This document shows positions 1-12,879 of a stretch of DNA of 64,000 bases, piece after piece (position 1 is the stretch's first letter; each line of letters starts with the position of its first letter). Below the pieces are notes generated by a model. The model was not told the DNA's origin and made no database searches. It was given only the letters and a program-made list of their open reading frames with translations. This DNA comes from Trichosphaerium sp. ATCC 40318 (lineage: Eukaryota > Protista > Tubulinea). The stretch spans positions 138,111-202,110 of the forward strand of contig JALMLS010000124.1 in NCBI GenBank assembly GCA_038496445.1, given 5' to 3'. Made by a program: the position numbers and the translations under genes.

Positions 1-1690
1 TTTAGCCGTAACCACATTTGGCGCTGTATGGATTCCAGCTGGAACTCACTTGGCCATTGTAACACATGATACAAGCATTGACCCACCAGCAGCTTCTGCT
101 GACAATGTCGGTTTCCAAGGTGTCTTTGTTATTGAATTGACGCCACAAAAACCATACGAAGTGTTGGCTCAAATCGATTCAGCCAACCCTTACAAGAGAT
201 ATTTCGATGACAGTTGCTCTATGGAAATGTACTCAACTACATTTGAATATACTCCTTCTATGTCAGGAAACTACACGCTTGGATTTACTGGTGCAGTAGC
301 AAACAACACGTAAGAAAGCGCGCTTTCTCTTTTTTTTCTCTTTTTTTTTTTTTGGGGGTTTTTTTCTTCACCTCCATGTGCTTTGTTTTGTTTGTTATAG
401 TTTATTAAGGCTCGTTTCTTTAGCAAGGCGATTGGTAATCGTGTAAGTGACGATAGGGTGATTTTAGTACCTTTCGAGGCCGCCATTTTTACTGATTACA
501 TGGCACCTTGTAATTGCACTACTTCTGGCGACTGTGGAACTCTAGTTGAAGCTAGAACCAATACAGGAACTCCCGAGTGGACCTTCGAATCAGGTGTTAC
601 TTATACTGTAGTATTTGGTCAGATGTACGCTGACTGTACGTAAAGTCTAAACAAAAAAAAAAAAGTTTGAAATGATTTTTTTACTATTACCCCCAAGCTC
701 ACTTTTGAATGTTAGACGTCGCTGGTATCGTTTTTAACGAGGCTGTAACATTTGGGCCTTTCGCTCCTTTTGCAACTTTAGCTCCTACAGAGCCTGGCTG
801 TAATGACCCACAACGCTTGGGCACCACTGTACGTCTAATACGAAAAACCTTTGTCACAGGAAAAAAAAATCACGTTTTTATACATGTGCGTGCTTGATAC
901 TAACAAATTTCTTGCAGAATTATACCAGAATTAATACTACTGAACATACAATAACGCCTACTTGTAATGCCGATGGTTATCCTGGTGCATGGAATGCCGT
1001 GGTAAGTACACTAACGTGAAGAAAAAAAAATAGAAAACTCTTACTAATAATTATTTAGCCAATTGAAAGTACCTCAACTGGATACTACTTGTTCACACCT
1101 CAAAGAACTTTACAAACTTCGCTTTGTGAACCTATCACCAACCTCGTCCTCACCCTATTCAAAGACGCTGTTGCCCCTACAGCATTCAGCGACCGCAACT
1201 TCGAGTACGCAGCAAAACAAAAATTATCTCAGTTTTTTTTTTTTTTTCAAAAGTTTTTCAACTTTTCTTCTGTTTCAATTTACTTACCTCTCCTCTTTTT
1301 TTTTTTAGCACACTTCCACCTGATTGTACTGATATGTCATTCGTTGAAGCCGGTGAAGATATAATAATGGCTGAGTTTATCATTGCAGATGAAGATTGGA
1401 CCATGGTTGTCACAGCCGCTGATCCTACTGAGGCTAATGAGTATGGCACATTTAATTGGTTCACCGTAAGCGGTCAACCTGTTGGATGTTTCCCAGATGT
1501 ACCAACACCACCACCTGTCGATCCAAATACACCTACTGAGGCAGCTCCAATTGAACCAACTGCTCCTGTTCCTCCTACAACAACTGCACCAGTAGCACCA
1601 ACAACAACTGGAACCACTCCTACTTCACCAGCTTCCGCTCAAGTTGTTGTTTTGGCTGTTCTTATTGCTCTCATTGCTCTCCTCTTGTAA
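1..1690 (+). CDS. Multi-exon Cys-containing cell-surface protein, probably GPI-anchored (5' end outside window)
   Basis: ORFs 50-313, 458-643, 709-897, 1089-1364 and 1334-1690 join across GT-AG introns. The protein ends in a Pro/Thr stalk (PTEAAPIEPTAPVPPTTTAP) and a hydrophobic tail SPASAQVVVLAVLIALIALLL*. AATAAA follows the stop. Confidence 0.75.
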
Positions 1691-2699
1691 GAAAGAAACG
1701 AAAAAAAAAGGGAAGACCTTGTTTAAATAAAAATATCCAAAAAAAAAAAAAAGCTTTTGTTTGTTTTTTTGACATTTTTTGATCTCTATCATCTCGCGAA
1801 TTGTTTAGTTATGCAAGGCATGGCGCCTGAACTCCTTCAGTTTTTATTCGTAAGCACATTTCTATCTCTTTTGACTACATTACTGTTATGCATTTCTATA
1901 CTGGAACTACAAGGAGTGCGAGCTATCCAAAGGTAAGGAGTACTTTAGTTGCAAGTTCCTTGCTTAACTCGGGATGACCACTACTGAGAATACGTCAACA
2001 ACAATATTCTGGCTTGCGCAGGTGATGTCTGCGCACTATGTACCAAGCACGCTACTTGTTCTTGTTGCTCTCGAAAAAAATATGTGATGTTTGCTTTTTG
2101 AAACGTGTCCTCAGTGGTGGAATAAACGTATATGGTAAGGGTTTGAAGCACTTACAAAATTACCCTGTTTGCAACTAAGTGAGACACAACATGCTACAGA
2201 TGAGGACACGAACGTATAAGCGCCATACAGAGTGGAAACTGTTAAGTTGTAGTGTTCAGACAAAGAACAAGAACCAACATGAGTTACCACAAGTATTCTC
2301 TTTATCCAAATCACCAACAGAGTGGAAGGTACCATCGTACACACCTACAACAGACTCTAGAGTTGCACATAAAGTTGTAGAAACAGTCACCATAAACATT
2401 AAATAAAATAGTACAGTGAGACTATAACGAGGACATTGCTTCGCAAGAAGAATCACATCCAATACTGAAATAATGGCTATTTCGCTTATGACTGTTTATC
2501 ACGTGACTTAAATCCTATGTTAATAACAGCTTGAAAACTTTCACCATCAACGTTGCGTTCCCAAACAGCCGAAATGTTTCGTAGAACGCAAAGCGTTGGA
2601 AAAGCTACAACAACGAGTTTACTATAGTTCTCTGTAGATAATAGCGCATACTTGCTTCAAACAAACCAATCACGATTTAAAGTTGTCAATAGTGTCATT

Positions 2700-3230
2700 T
2701 ACTTGCGTTTATCGTTCATGATATCATTGATACCATGCCATAAGGATTACAACAAACTCAGGCAAGATTAGCTGGAACACATGATGGTATTCTGAAAACA
2801 CACAAATTACCCTCAAAGGACGAGACATTGATGCAAGCATTAGAGTACTTGCTGGAGTTCATACAATTATCCTTGCTCATACAAAAGTATCAGATAGAGG
2901 CCTCAATAACCCTCTTGTGCAGAACACTTGCTGGAGTTTATGATTGACCTCGCTCAAACTTCAATAACAGATTATGGTGTCAAAGCACTGCTGGAGTTCA
3001 CTATTGCTCATGTACACTTTAGTATGATACGGTGCCAAGCACTTGTAGTCCATACTATTGACCTTAGTTACATCAGTTACTGACTGTCAAAGCACTTGCT
3101 GGAGTTCATAGAATTTACCACAATTTCACTTCAGTAACATGAAGGTATTAACGCACTTGTTGGTGCTATTGTACATTACCCGTGGATATCTAACACAAGT
3201 AAAGATATTCTACTATCATGTAGTTTGAAT
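2700..3230 (+). pseudogene. Decayed copy of the GVHTIDL-type LRR family
   Basis: 2836-2905 translates SIRVLAGVHTIILAHTKVSDRGL. Further AAAGCACTTGCTGGAGTTCAT-like units (KALAGVH) recur near 2925, 2985, 3040 and 3090, broken by frameshifts and stops. The repeat matches the intact genes at 30561, 38533 and 47192. Confidence 0.75.
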
Positions 3231-3550
3231 ACACCGACCAGCCAACAACGAAAATGACTCATTGTCAGTATACAATTAAGGATTTAAAGTGGTAACTATT
3301 TCAGTTCAACAGCAATATTGTATACTTAAATGTTGGGTACTTACACTGACATCCAGGAAGCGAAAGGCTTAGCTGAAACTAGAACAACTTGCTTCTTTAG
3401 ATACCGTGTGAAGAGTCGATGGCCTAACAAACAACAAGTATATAGCAGCTCCAAAATGAAGAGCTTCAGAATTGCTTCAGCAATAAACAATTTAAACTAT
3501 GTAATGGGAGGGTACTTTATTGGTTACATTGTACCAGATTCTGTCATCAT

Positions 3551-4956
3551 TTAGAAGTCCATGTCCTTGGCAGAAACACCGCATACTTTGAAATCACTGG
3601 AATGGTGGCCAACAATTGCCGAATTTTTAACATTTGTTACTGCGTGCTAAAATAAAAAAAACAATGGTTAGTACAAATTGTTGACTTTGTTTTTTGGTTA
3701 TTGATTTACTGGTTACGTACTTCACAACTAAAAAGAGCGATACGCACTGGAGTTCCATGTCTGTCCTTGAAGTTTGTGGCAGGGTTAATACAGTTTCCCA
3801 TTTTTTGCATAAGTTTGCTTGTAAGCGCTGAATTGGAGTTTATCTTAGAAATACGCCATTCAAACTTGCTACCACATGCAGATACAACAATACCGGCTTT
3901 CACTGAGTTAAGGTAATCCCCTATAAAACGAAAATATCAGATCCACGTGTACTAGTACTTCAAAAAAAGAAAAAAAGAAGAAAGAACAAAATTCTGCTTG
4001 CCTACGAGATGCACAAACGCTTGGGTTGATGTCGGCCTATCATAGAACTTTTTGAGAAGTGAAGCCAAGTGACCGTAAGCTGCAGATTTTGTTCCCTTTA
4101 CGCCACTAATAGGGATCTTATAGTGGTTGTAGTACGCGACCAAATAGTTATTTAAAGCAGTTTCCAAACCAGGCTTTGCTTCATTGGCGTCCAAGATTCT
4201 ATCAACAATGAAATCTTTCCATGTGACATCTGCGTTATGCTTATTCTTATCATTAGTTGTTGCAGCTGAAATTCCTCCATGTGCAAGTGATACAATAGAT
4301 GATATTAATGGACCTGTTGAAAAAAAAAATTAATCACGTGACGCTTGCCAATTTGTACAAAAAAAAAAAAAAAAAAAAAAAAAGAAGGTCTTACCGACAC
4401 CAGGCAAGTTTCCAATAACGCTTGAAAATATGGTAAACAAAAAGCCTGGAAGCTTATTAGAAGGAGGTGCAGGATCAGTTTGTGACATAAGCAACTGAAA
4501 AGCTTGCAAGTTGCTAAAATCTGCGTCATAGGCATCAGCGAAAGCAGCAAACATGAGTCCTTTAAATGAAGGACGATCTATTCCTTTGTTGTTTGCCCAA
4601 TCTTTCAAATCTTGTAGAGCACTTGTGTAAGAGCCAAGCAAAGCTTCTTTCTCGAGTAAATGTTGGTCACTTGCCAAAGAGCAGTGTTTTTGAGGGAAAG
4701 AATAAGAGCTTGTGTGTTGTGGGCACGTGCATGATTTTGCAGTAGCGCATGACTTTGAGCAAGATTTCTTTGATCCAGGTACTACAGGGCAGCATTTTCC
4801 GGAACTATGCTTGTTCCAACTAGGTCCGCAGCTGACCAAACGGCATTTTGAACCGCAGTAAGATACTCCAGTGCTGTTAGTCTTGTCGATAGAAATCAGG
4901 TCAAACGCAGCAGCTACTGCTAATATTGCTAGAATAACGAACAATGAGGTGCGCAT
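3551..4956 (-). CDS. Secreted protein with Cys-rich N-terminus and central hydrophobic helical hairpin (4 exons)
   Basis: Signal peptide MRTSLFVILAILAVAAA and about 10 Cys in the N-terminal 95 aa. Splicing gives GFLFTIFSSVIGNLPGVGPLISSIVSLAHGGISAA. Last exon ends KVCGVSAKDMDF*. Confidence 0.75.
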
Positions 4957-6673
4957 CGTGTTTGAGGCTTAGAATTATGGTAATTCACTTCTTTAAAATC
5001 GCACATTGTTGGCAAATATTTCCAACTAATTTTCCCACATGGTATTATCAGATTCGATAAACGCCTTCATGTTGTTGATTTTTATCCCAAACGTGAACCG
5101 ATATTTTTTTCTTATATTTTCAGGTAGTAGTAGTACCCACTAAGATATCTCCATGGCTACCTCATTGTTGTCTGTACACCTGCCTGGCTTTTATAAGGGC
5201 CAACCCGAGAACTAGTAGGCTAATACCACGAGACATGTGAAACGAAACGAAACGAAGGTTGTTACAAAGATCTCGCCTTCCTCTAGATATCTAGAATACT
5301 CAAAACTGTAAGTCGAAAGTGGTAATGGTACGACGCGTTATACCAACTTTCTCAAGATTATCAGAATACCCTCCAGATCGTCACATTGCCGTTACGCACG
5401 TACTCTGCACTGGTTTGATGGTAAGTAAATTCACAGGCTAATCACGTGTGAATTACAGCTTTCTGCCCCTCGTTAACGAGATACTAGTTTCTAGTTTTAT
5501 GCTTTGACACAGTTCACATGCTACTAATAGTTTTTTTTCATTTCGGCTTACGAGAACATTCCACGTATCACTTTTTCACTAGCTCATTTTACAATGAAAA
5601 TGCAGTTCACCATTGTAAACAATCAAATAAGAATGGTCACAACCTTCCTACAATACCAAAAATTGGAGAAATTCATGAATTTCGCTAGCAACTTTATTTT
5701 ATTCTAGTACTTGGTATTGAGTAGAGGGTATATGAGCGTAGTGGGCCGTAGTATTTTTTGTGCAGTAGTTGAAACCTTTACACTGTTTTGATTCCCAACA
5801 TCTTGTAAGATAATGAAGAAATGAAGCAGCATTCTGATCACAGCCATTAATTTTCTCACTATGACTTTTCTGTTTTGACAGTCGCTTGGACTTTTAGCCC
5901 TTGCTTTTGTCTTCCTTGTTTGTGACTCTCACTCAACTGATGCTGCTTTCGTTACTTCCATGATCTATATGTCTTACAAGCCTCCCCTTCCATGTCACGG
6001 CGAATTGTATTCGAACTGTTCTCAAACAAATTGGAGGCTGGCTTTTTTAACTATTACTTCCATGACAATATCATGTGACAAAGCCACCAATATATGCGAC
6101 CGTTAAAATTGCGGTGGTTGTTTTCAAGGCGCTGTCAATATTGACGTGTATTTTGTGGTGGCTGCAGCACAAGTGTACTCGTAAACTCAAGCCACCTTGC
6201 AGCTTGGCTGAACGCGCTCACGTAAATCAACTGATGTACCACTCGGAATACCTCAAAGGAAAAATATAAGTAGCAAACACAACCACAGAAATTGAAATTA
6301 TGGATAATCGCTTTTTTGCGTTGACGCAATTTCTGATTGCAATACAGCAACTCGTCGCAAACCAGGCCTTGTGAAGCACGCAATGACATAAAACAAACGT
6401 CTCACTCACCAGAAACCAGTCACCAACACAGAGACCAACGAAAAAAAACAACACAACATGTGCAACCAAACATCGAAAAAAAAAAAAATGTGACACGCAA
6501 CATTTGCAATCCAAACCATGGACACACGTGGATCGTCAATATACCAAAATCCATAAAATACAACAAATAAAATATACAAAAAATCAAAGATGAAAAACCC
6601 GCGCAAGTAACCAAGATACCACCATGTTTATGGAAGGGTTTTTTATATGGAATTTTTTTTTTCTACAAAAGAC

Positions 6674-7338
6674 TTATTCAGCGGTTTCCATGTCTTCGTC
6701 CTCGTCGCTACCAGCTTCACTGTCATCATCATCATCGTCATCATGGATGTTAAAGTAACGGAGTTGGTAAATGTGTGGCTTTGTGGCCACAAGTCGAAGC
6801 CAATCGCGCAATTGCTGCTTTTTCAAAAAGCGTTTTGTCAAGTATTTGATGTACTTTTTGGAGAAAGGAGGAACGGCAGTGATTACTACGTGTGTGTTAC
6901 CCTTACGGCGCACTTTAACTTGGTCTGTGAGTTTGCCGCTCTTTGCAGCAGGTGTAGCCTTGATTTTATCATTGAAGAACTTCTCCTACGGTGTGTTTTA
7001 GCGGTTTTGACTCGTATTACAGAAGTTGAGAAGGAAATCTGAACGCGAGCGTAAAAACGCGTCATTTGCAACTAAAACAACGTACAAGTGCGGTTACTTC
7101 CAAAATTGTGTCGTTAGCAGGGATATGGCAATCAATTACAACTTTTACGAGCTGATTTTTGCTGTACTTTTTGGTAGAGCCGTGGCTTGATGTTTTGACA
7201 ACACCACCCTTGATAGGTATCTACAAAAATTGTTTTAGTGAGATCTCTTCGTTTGTGCGTTTGAACCTTTTTTGTTGGCCTTCTGCCGGCAGGCGCTCTC
7301 AAAACTTTCTTTCCTTTAGATCTAGACGTGGATGACAT
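6674..7338 (-). CDS. RPL22: 60S ribosomal protein eL22 (divergent, basic N-terminal extension, acidic tail)
   Basis: VVIDCHIPANDTILE...EKFFNDKIK...PFSKKYIKYLTKRFLKKQQLRDWLRLVAT...YQLRYFNI matches the eL22 signature SKRYLKYLTKKYLKK..LRDWLRVVA. Confidence 0.92.
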
Positions 7339-7455
7339 TGTTAGTAGGCGTCGAACGAAAAATCAATGCGGCGTGAAACAACGAGACTTTTTTATTTTGC
7401 GCCAAAATAACCCTCGTTCAATTTTTCTGTTTACAAGTTAGTGTTATTAGACGTT
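7339..7455. promoter_or_regulatory. Probable compact bidirectional promoter (RPL22 / CCDC86-like)
   Basis: Divergent start codons about 117 bp apart, with GCGCCAAA (E2F-like TTTGGCGC) at 7399-7406. Confidence 0.45.
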
Positions 7456-8092
7456 ATGAGTAAGGTAGCTAAGCATACAAAACCCACCAAGAAGGAGAAA
7501 TCGCCTGTAAAGGCCAGTGTTAAAGGAAATACATCAGAAGTGAAAAAGCCTAAATCTACAGCACGTAGGGGTCACTTGGCCACAACCCAAGGCGTATCTA
7601 AATCAGGTCGAGTATGGAAACAGACAAGAACACGACCGTACGTAATTACATAAATGTGATATGGGAGAGCGCTAACCTTACCCTGTAGAGCGCGAAGCAC
7701 GCGTGTTTCAATAAATAATGCAAAACTCGGGTGGGCTACGCGTAAAAAACGTGAAGACGCGCTCAGAGAAGTAAAGCAATACGAACGCGATCTAAAAGAA
7801 AAGGCTGAAGAGGAAGCGCTTGCAAAACGTGAAGAACGCAAACGACAACTACGCCAAAAGGAGCAATACATCCAACCAAATACATACCAAGAGGTACGCC
7901 AAGAAGAAATTAACAAAAAACTGTTATTTTATTCAAAAACCTGCATTTGTCGCATAAGAACGCTCATAACAGTACTGACAACGCTACTAGATTAAAAATA
8001 AAAAGAAGTTGAGTAAACTGAAGGGTAAAGACAGACAGCATATTCGTTACGTAGCAGATACGCAATTCAACAGCAACCCATACTACTTGTAA
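7456..8092 (+). CDS. CCDC86: Cgr1/CCDC86-like nucleolar rRNA-processing coiled-coil protein
   Basis: GVSKSGRVWK motif, followed by a Lys/Glu/Arg coiled coil and the YQEIKNKKKLSKLK tail. Two introns. Confidence 0.75.
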
Positions 8093-8475
8093 CATTCACA
8101 TATTCAAAAACAACTACGCAAAAAAACCCACCTGTACATTAAACCGAAATTTCAAGAAAAGGCAAGCCTCTGTACAATGAGACAACAACAGCAACAATCA
8201 ACACTCAAAAAAAAAGAGAAAAAAAAATGTCATTCCATCGTACGCTCAGAAAACACCTCAAGAGCTTTTCTATGAGTGGATCTGGTAGGATTTTTTGTAG
8301 TGTATCTTATACGGGCAAAATGTTTTCGCATTTTTTTTTTCTTGGAGAGTAAATTTCATCGGAATAAATTTTGTTTTATTGTTGAATAATTATTTACCAA
8401 AAATTTCAGAAAACTTTTTTTTTTTTCTTTTCAAGTGACACTTTCTTAAATGTTTATATAGCATTATATAATCGT

Positions 8476-10468
8476 TTATGACCTAATTTGGAACTTTCCT
8501 GCCTTTGTAATACTGCGTACTCCCTTATACGGGTTGAATTTTTCGTTATGCAATGTCAACGAATCAACAGCGAGTCCACTTGCTGACCACATGACGACTT
8601 TCCATTCGGCCTATTTTTGAGAAAAAAAAAATCAGTCACTTCAATGTCGTTAAAGCAGTTTACCGTAATCACAGGGTTAGATTCAGGTGCTTCAGCGCCT
8701 GTTTGCAAGTTGATTGTACCATCAAGTACAGGAGTCTTATCTTTTGGTAATTTGCCGATATTCCATTTACAAACCTGTTACAAACAACGTCAGACAAAGG
8801 GAAAAAAGAGAAAATATCGATCAACGATGTACTACGTACTTTTTGTATTTCATCGAAATGAACAGCCCCAATATTAGCAGATAAAGTAGCAGATCCCGAT
8901 GTCTTAGAGAATGGGATAGTAATGACAACGTATTCTACTTGCTTATCCGTAACATGCGTATTTCCAACGGATACGTGTACTTTACCACCTACAAGCAATG
9001 TCACTAATGCTTAAAGCTCGTATTTGGTCGTACCAGTGTTGCTGTATAAAATTTGTGGTTTGATGTATATTGGTGCTCTAATTTGACCAGTGACACTGTA
9101 AAAGAGTAAGTAAACAATGTTTAATCAATTCTCTGAGAAAGTGAAAAAAAAGTGTACCGGAATTCCATCAACTTAAAAGTGCCATCTGGAGGTATGAATG
9201 ACACCACGCGATCGTGTTCCCACCTTACAGTAACATCGTTAGCGCATTTACGGCTTTTTTTCAAACAAGTAGACGGCAGTATTTACCTGTTGTATCGAAC
9301 GCAGTGATGGAAAGAAACGTCATCCAAAATACGTGCATTGGTAAATCTCAGTGATAAATCAGGCATGCCTGACAGTTTACAGTTTGTTTGAATTTCTCCG
9401 CGAGCTTCACACTGAATCATCGACCCAGATCTTTACCCAAGCGTTAATGAATATGGTGTAAGATAAAAATAAGCTACCTGTCGATAATACAATCGATTTC
9501 CTCGAGAATATCAAAATACACTTCATTTGTAGTGTATTTTACTCCTTAGGAACACGTTAGCATGTCAAAGTCGTTAACAGAAGAAAATAAGGCTTTTTGA
9601 ATATTTAAAAGCACTAAAGCGCAAAATTACGCTGTAAAAAGCAGCACGTACCTTGTCTACGCCAAGGTACATTAGTTAGAGATGCATCAGGTAAAACAGA
9701 TGTCACATTATTTCCAGGACCCATGAACACCTTTTTAAAAGCGTCAGACATGTACAAAATGACCAGGAGGAGATATAAGTTTTGTTTGAAACGTACAGAG
9801 CCAATTGTAGATAATAGATTTGGAGGTGTGATCATTTCTGATAAAATATTAGGTTCTGTTGTGAATGGTACGCCATTATCCATCATCTCATCAAGTAATT
9901 GGTAAACTGTAACAAAATTGTCTTTTATGATTTGTTCAGATACGCTCGAAAAGTATGATTTAAATACATCTACAAGGCGATAGAGGAACTGTATGATGAG
10001 TAGTGGTGAAGTTTCCTTTAGTACGTAAGTAACTTTGTTTGTGCCAAAGCAAGTATAGATATAAACTAGCGCGTAAGAGAGCGAAAGCGGGTGGAATGGT
10101 AGCAGATAAAGCTTCATTCTTAAAAATGATTTTTGATTGGAGAATTGGCGAAATTGCCGACGTACTCTTGCAGATAGAGCCAAGAAGAATAACCCTTCTG
10201 TTTGAACATGGATAAGATAAAATTTAGGTGTTGACATTATTGGTGGCGCGTCAGCTTTTGTATCAGCCTTCAATACGTTGTCCCAGAATGTGTCGCATAT
10301 ACCGCGTGTTACAAGGCCTCTGTAGTGTTTTTCGATCAAAACATCTCTAAAACAACACTTAGCTTGTACATTCCAACACAATTAGAGTATCCAAAGGTAA
10401 AATAAGGAAAAGTAAAAAGTTTTAACTTACCCTGAAACGTTTAGTATAAATAACGCTTGAACAGGCAT
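8476..10468 (-). CDS. AP3M1: AP-3 complex subunit mu
   Basis: DVLIEKHYRG, IKDNFVTVYQLLDEMMDNGVPFTTEPNIL, VPWRRQGVKYTTNEVYFD, CKLSGMPDL, SFIPPDGTFKLM and C-terminal PYKGVRSITKAGKFQIRS*. Confidence 0.93.
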
Positions 10469-10695
10469 TGTTGTAACGTAATATTGATTGTAACTCTATT
10501 GCGAATGTCAAAGAATGTTCAAAATAAATAAAAACAAAAGTGACTTCTGAACGACACTTTTTTTGCTTTAATTAGTTTGACCGTTTGTTTGATTTTCTTT
10601 GATGATACACAGAATTTTACACGCAACAACAAAAACGATTTTAGACATGCTATTTTATAATGCTACAATAAATGTACGCTAACAACCCATTCTTT

Positions 10696-11592
10696 TTAGT
10701 GTGCGGCTGTAGGATCGATGGCATTGGTATTAACTCTGACAGTTGTTCCCTCACCGTGGAGTGATACAGCAGGCATGAAAGGCTTCCTGACTTCGTGCTT
10801 TTTAATTTGGACAAGTACTTTCGCTTTAATACCATTCTTGAAGAACTCAATGGTTCCTACACGCGCGAGGGTATTAGTACTCCAAATACAAAAAAAAAGA
10901 TCAAAAATCCAGCGCAATGTAAAAGGCCTCTACGCGCGTACCATTTTTAACATTGAGTAAAACGCCAACTTTGTCACCTTGTTTAAATGGCTCGGCTTCG
11001 CCTACGATCTTATTCATGTGGTAACAGCAACCTGTTGTAATTAGATTTAGCTAAAACCGAGCGTTTGAAACGAAAAAAAAAAGAAGCTCATTTTCTTTCA
11101 AAAAAACAAGTAAAATCCAAACAAACCGCTGTTGTACCGTTACTGCAATAACACCAACTGTTTTTGTCCAAACCTAAAACGACATCAAGGTTGACATCTC
11201 CGTAACCACTTTTAGAGCAAACACCGATGGAACACTCTTCTGAAGGAGCCATTTTGGTGATGGTGAAATGCCAGTAGTGTTTTCCACTTTTCCACTCTTT
11301 TGCTGCAACAGCCACTTAAAAACACAGTTAGATTTCATTAATACACTCTACAATGTACCTCTATGACTCTCTTTATCCTTCTTTGTTACGACTTGGCCAT
11401 TTCCGCTTACACCAATGGCAGGATGCGCTTTAGACTTTGAGAACTTCCACTTTGGTGCCATGCCCTCAGTATCGTACTCATCGACAAATTCTTCCTTTTA
11501 GATAAAATGAGCGTTTACACCAAAAGACTGACTTTTTTAATAATTTGACATGGGCGTACTTCTCCCTTCTTACCACCCTTTTTCTTTGACAT
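10696..11592 (-). CDS. Small SPRY/B30.2-domain protein
   Basis: SGKHYWHFTI, SIGV, LGLDKNSWCY, FKQGDKVGVLLNVKNGTIEFFKNG and PFMPAVSL form a typical SPRY pattern. Confidence 0.88.
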
Positions 11593-12163
11593 GACGCTAA
11601 GCAATACGTTAGTTAAACAAGTCTTTGTTTAATTGTTGTAAAAATAAGCTAAACAGAGCGCCAAAAATAATATAACCATTCTTAACGGTTCGGCGACTTT
11701 AATAGTGTGTTTTTTGGCACAAATTGAGGAAGGGTTGTTTGGCATACAACAATAATGTGAAACGGACGTGTTACAACAAGATTAGGAACTTATCGCAACA
11801 CCGTCGCGCAGTATTAGCCACATAAAGTAGTAAAATTAAAGTTGGAAATGCGCCTCCCAAAAGCTCTTCTGCGCTCAGCTTAGTAACACAAACAACGTTA
11901 CCAGTTTACGAGTAACGTTAAATTTGGCATTGCTTGTTAGTTATCAGCTGATCAACGCCAAACGATCAGGTTCAGCGTTTTTTTAAACGGCAAATACTCT
12001 AAGAAACAAAGGATTTGATTCGTACCTGGTTGTTGTTGTTTAGTATTGATGATTAAACTACAAACTGGAAAAATCAAATGCCAGTCTGCCTTGAGAAAAA
12101 CCCTGACAAAAAAAAAAGTCGCTGGAATACCATTGTAGACTGTCAAGTGAAGCGGTACCAGCA

Positions 12164-12771
12164 ATGAATGGGCCTGTAGACTTTGATACACTACCTATTG
12201 TAGAAGATAAGCTTCCTACATTTGAGGATGGCCCAAAAACAAAGGAATTACGAGCACTGTTGTACAAGTTGATGAAAATTGAGCTAAAGGACGGACGTGA
12301 GTTAATTGGCGTGTTTTCCTGTTTCGACAAGGATAAAAACATTATGCTCGCTGACTGTAAAGAAACACGCGCCATAAGGCCTATGCCTGTACCAGAAGGT
12401 AATTTAAACTATTTTACATAAAAAAATGTTATGTCAATGCTCAAATGCGTTTATAGATCAGACAGAGCAACAATTAAGCGATGTCGCACTACAGAAATAC
12501 TTTAAACTGCGTTCAGAAGGAAAAGAAGTTAGACAACTTGGCCTTGTACTAGTGCCTGGCGCTCACGTAGCCACATGTCATGTACGTCACCTCACACAAA
12601 CTCTCTTCCGTTGTAGCTTATGGAATTCTGTAGATTGACGAAAATCCTGCGTATGTACCACCAGAGTTTAGAAAAGAGACTGAGAAGGACGCTGACGCTG
12701 AAGCTGACGCTGAAGCTGAAGCTAAAACTGAGGATGTGAAGACAGAGGTTGAAGATGACAAGAAAGAATAG
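12164..12771 (+). CDS. NAA38: LSM-domain NatC auxiliary subunit (Mak31/LSMD1-like)
   Basis: LRALLYKLMKIELKDGRELIGVFSCFDKDKNIMLADCKE (Sm1) and RQLGLVLVPGAHVATCH (Sm2), with an acidic tail. Confidence 0.75.
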
Positions 12772-12879
12772 ATTATGCTGCAGCAAAATCCGCAACATCC
12801 CACCTAGTCACACTCCATGGAAGGGAAAGCAAAACCAACGAAGATTGTTTTTTTTTTCTTTCATTTTTTTTTAATGGAG

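Noticed and set aside
2104-2210. 10-bp inverted repeat CGTGTCCTCA/TGAGGACACG
   Set aside because: Short, no target duplication, and lies in apparently decayed coding sequence.
4359-4383. Long poly-A/poly-T runs as retroposon tails
   Set aside because: They lie in introns and UTRs throughout the window, have no TSDs, and their lengths may be sequencing-inflated.
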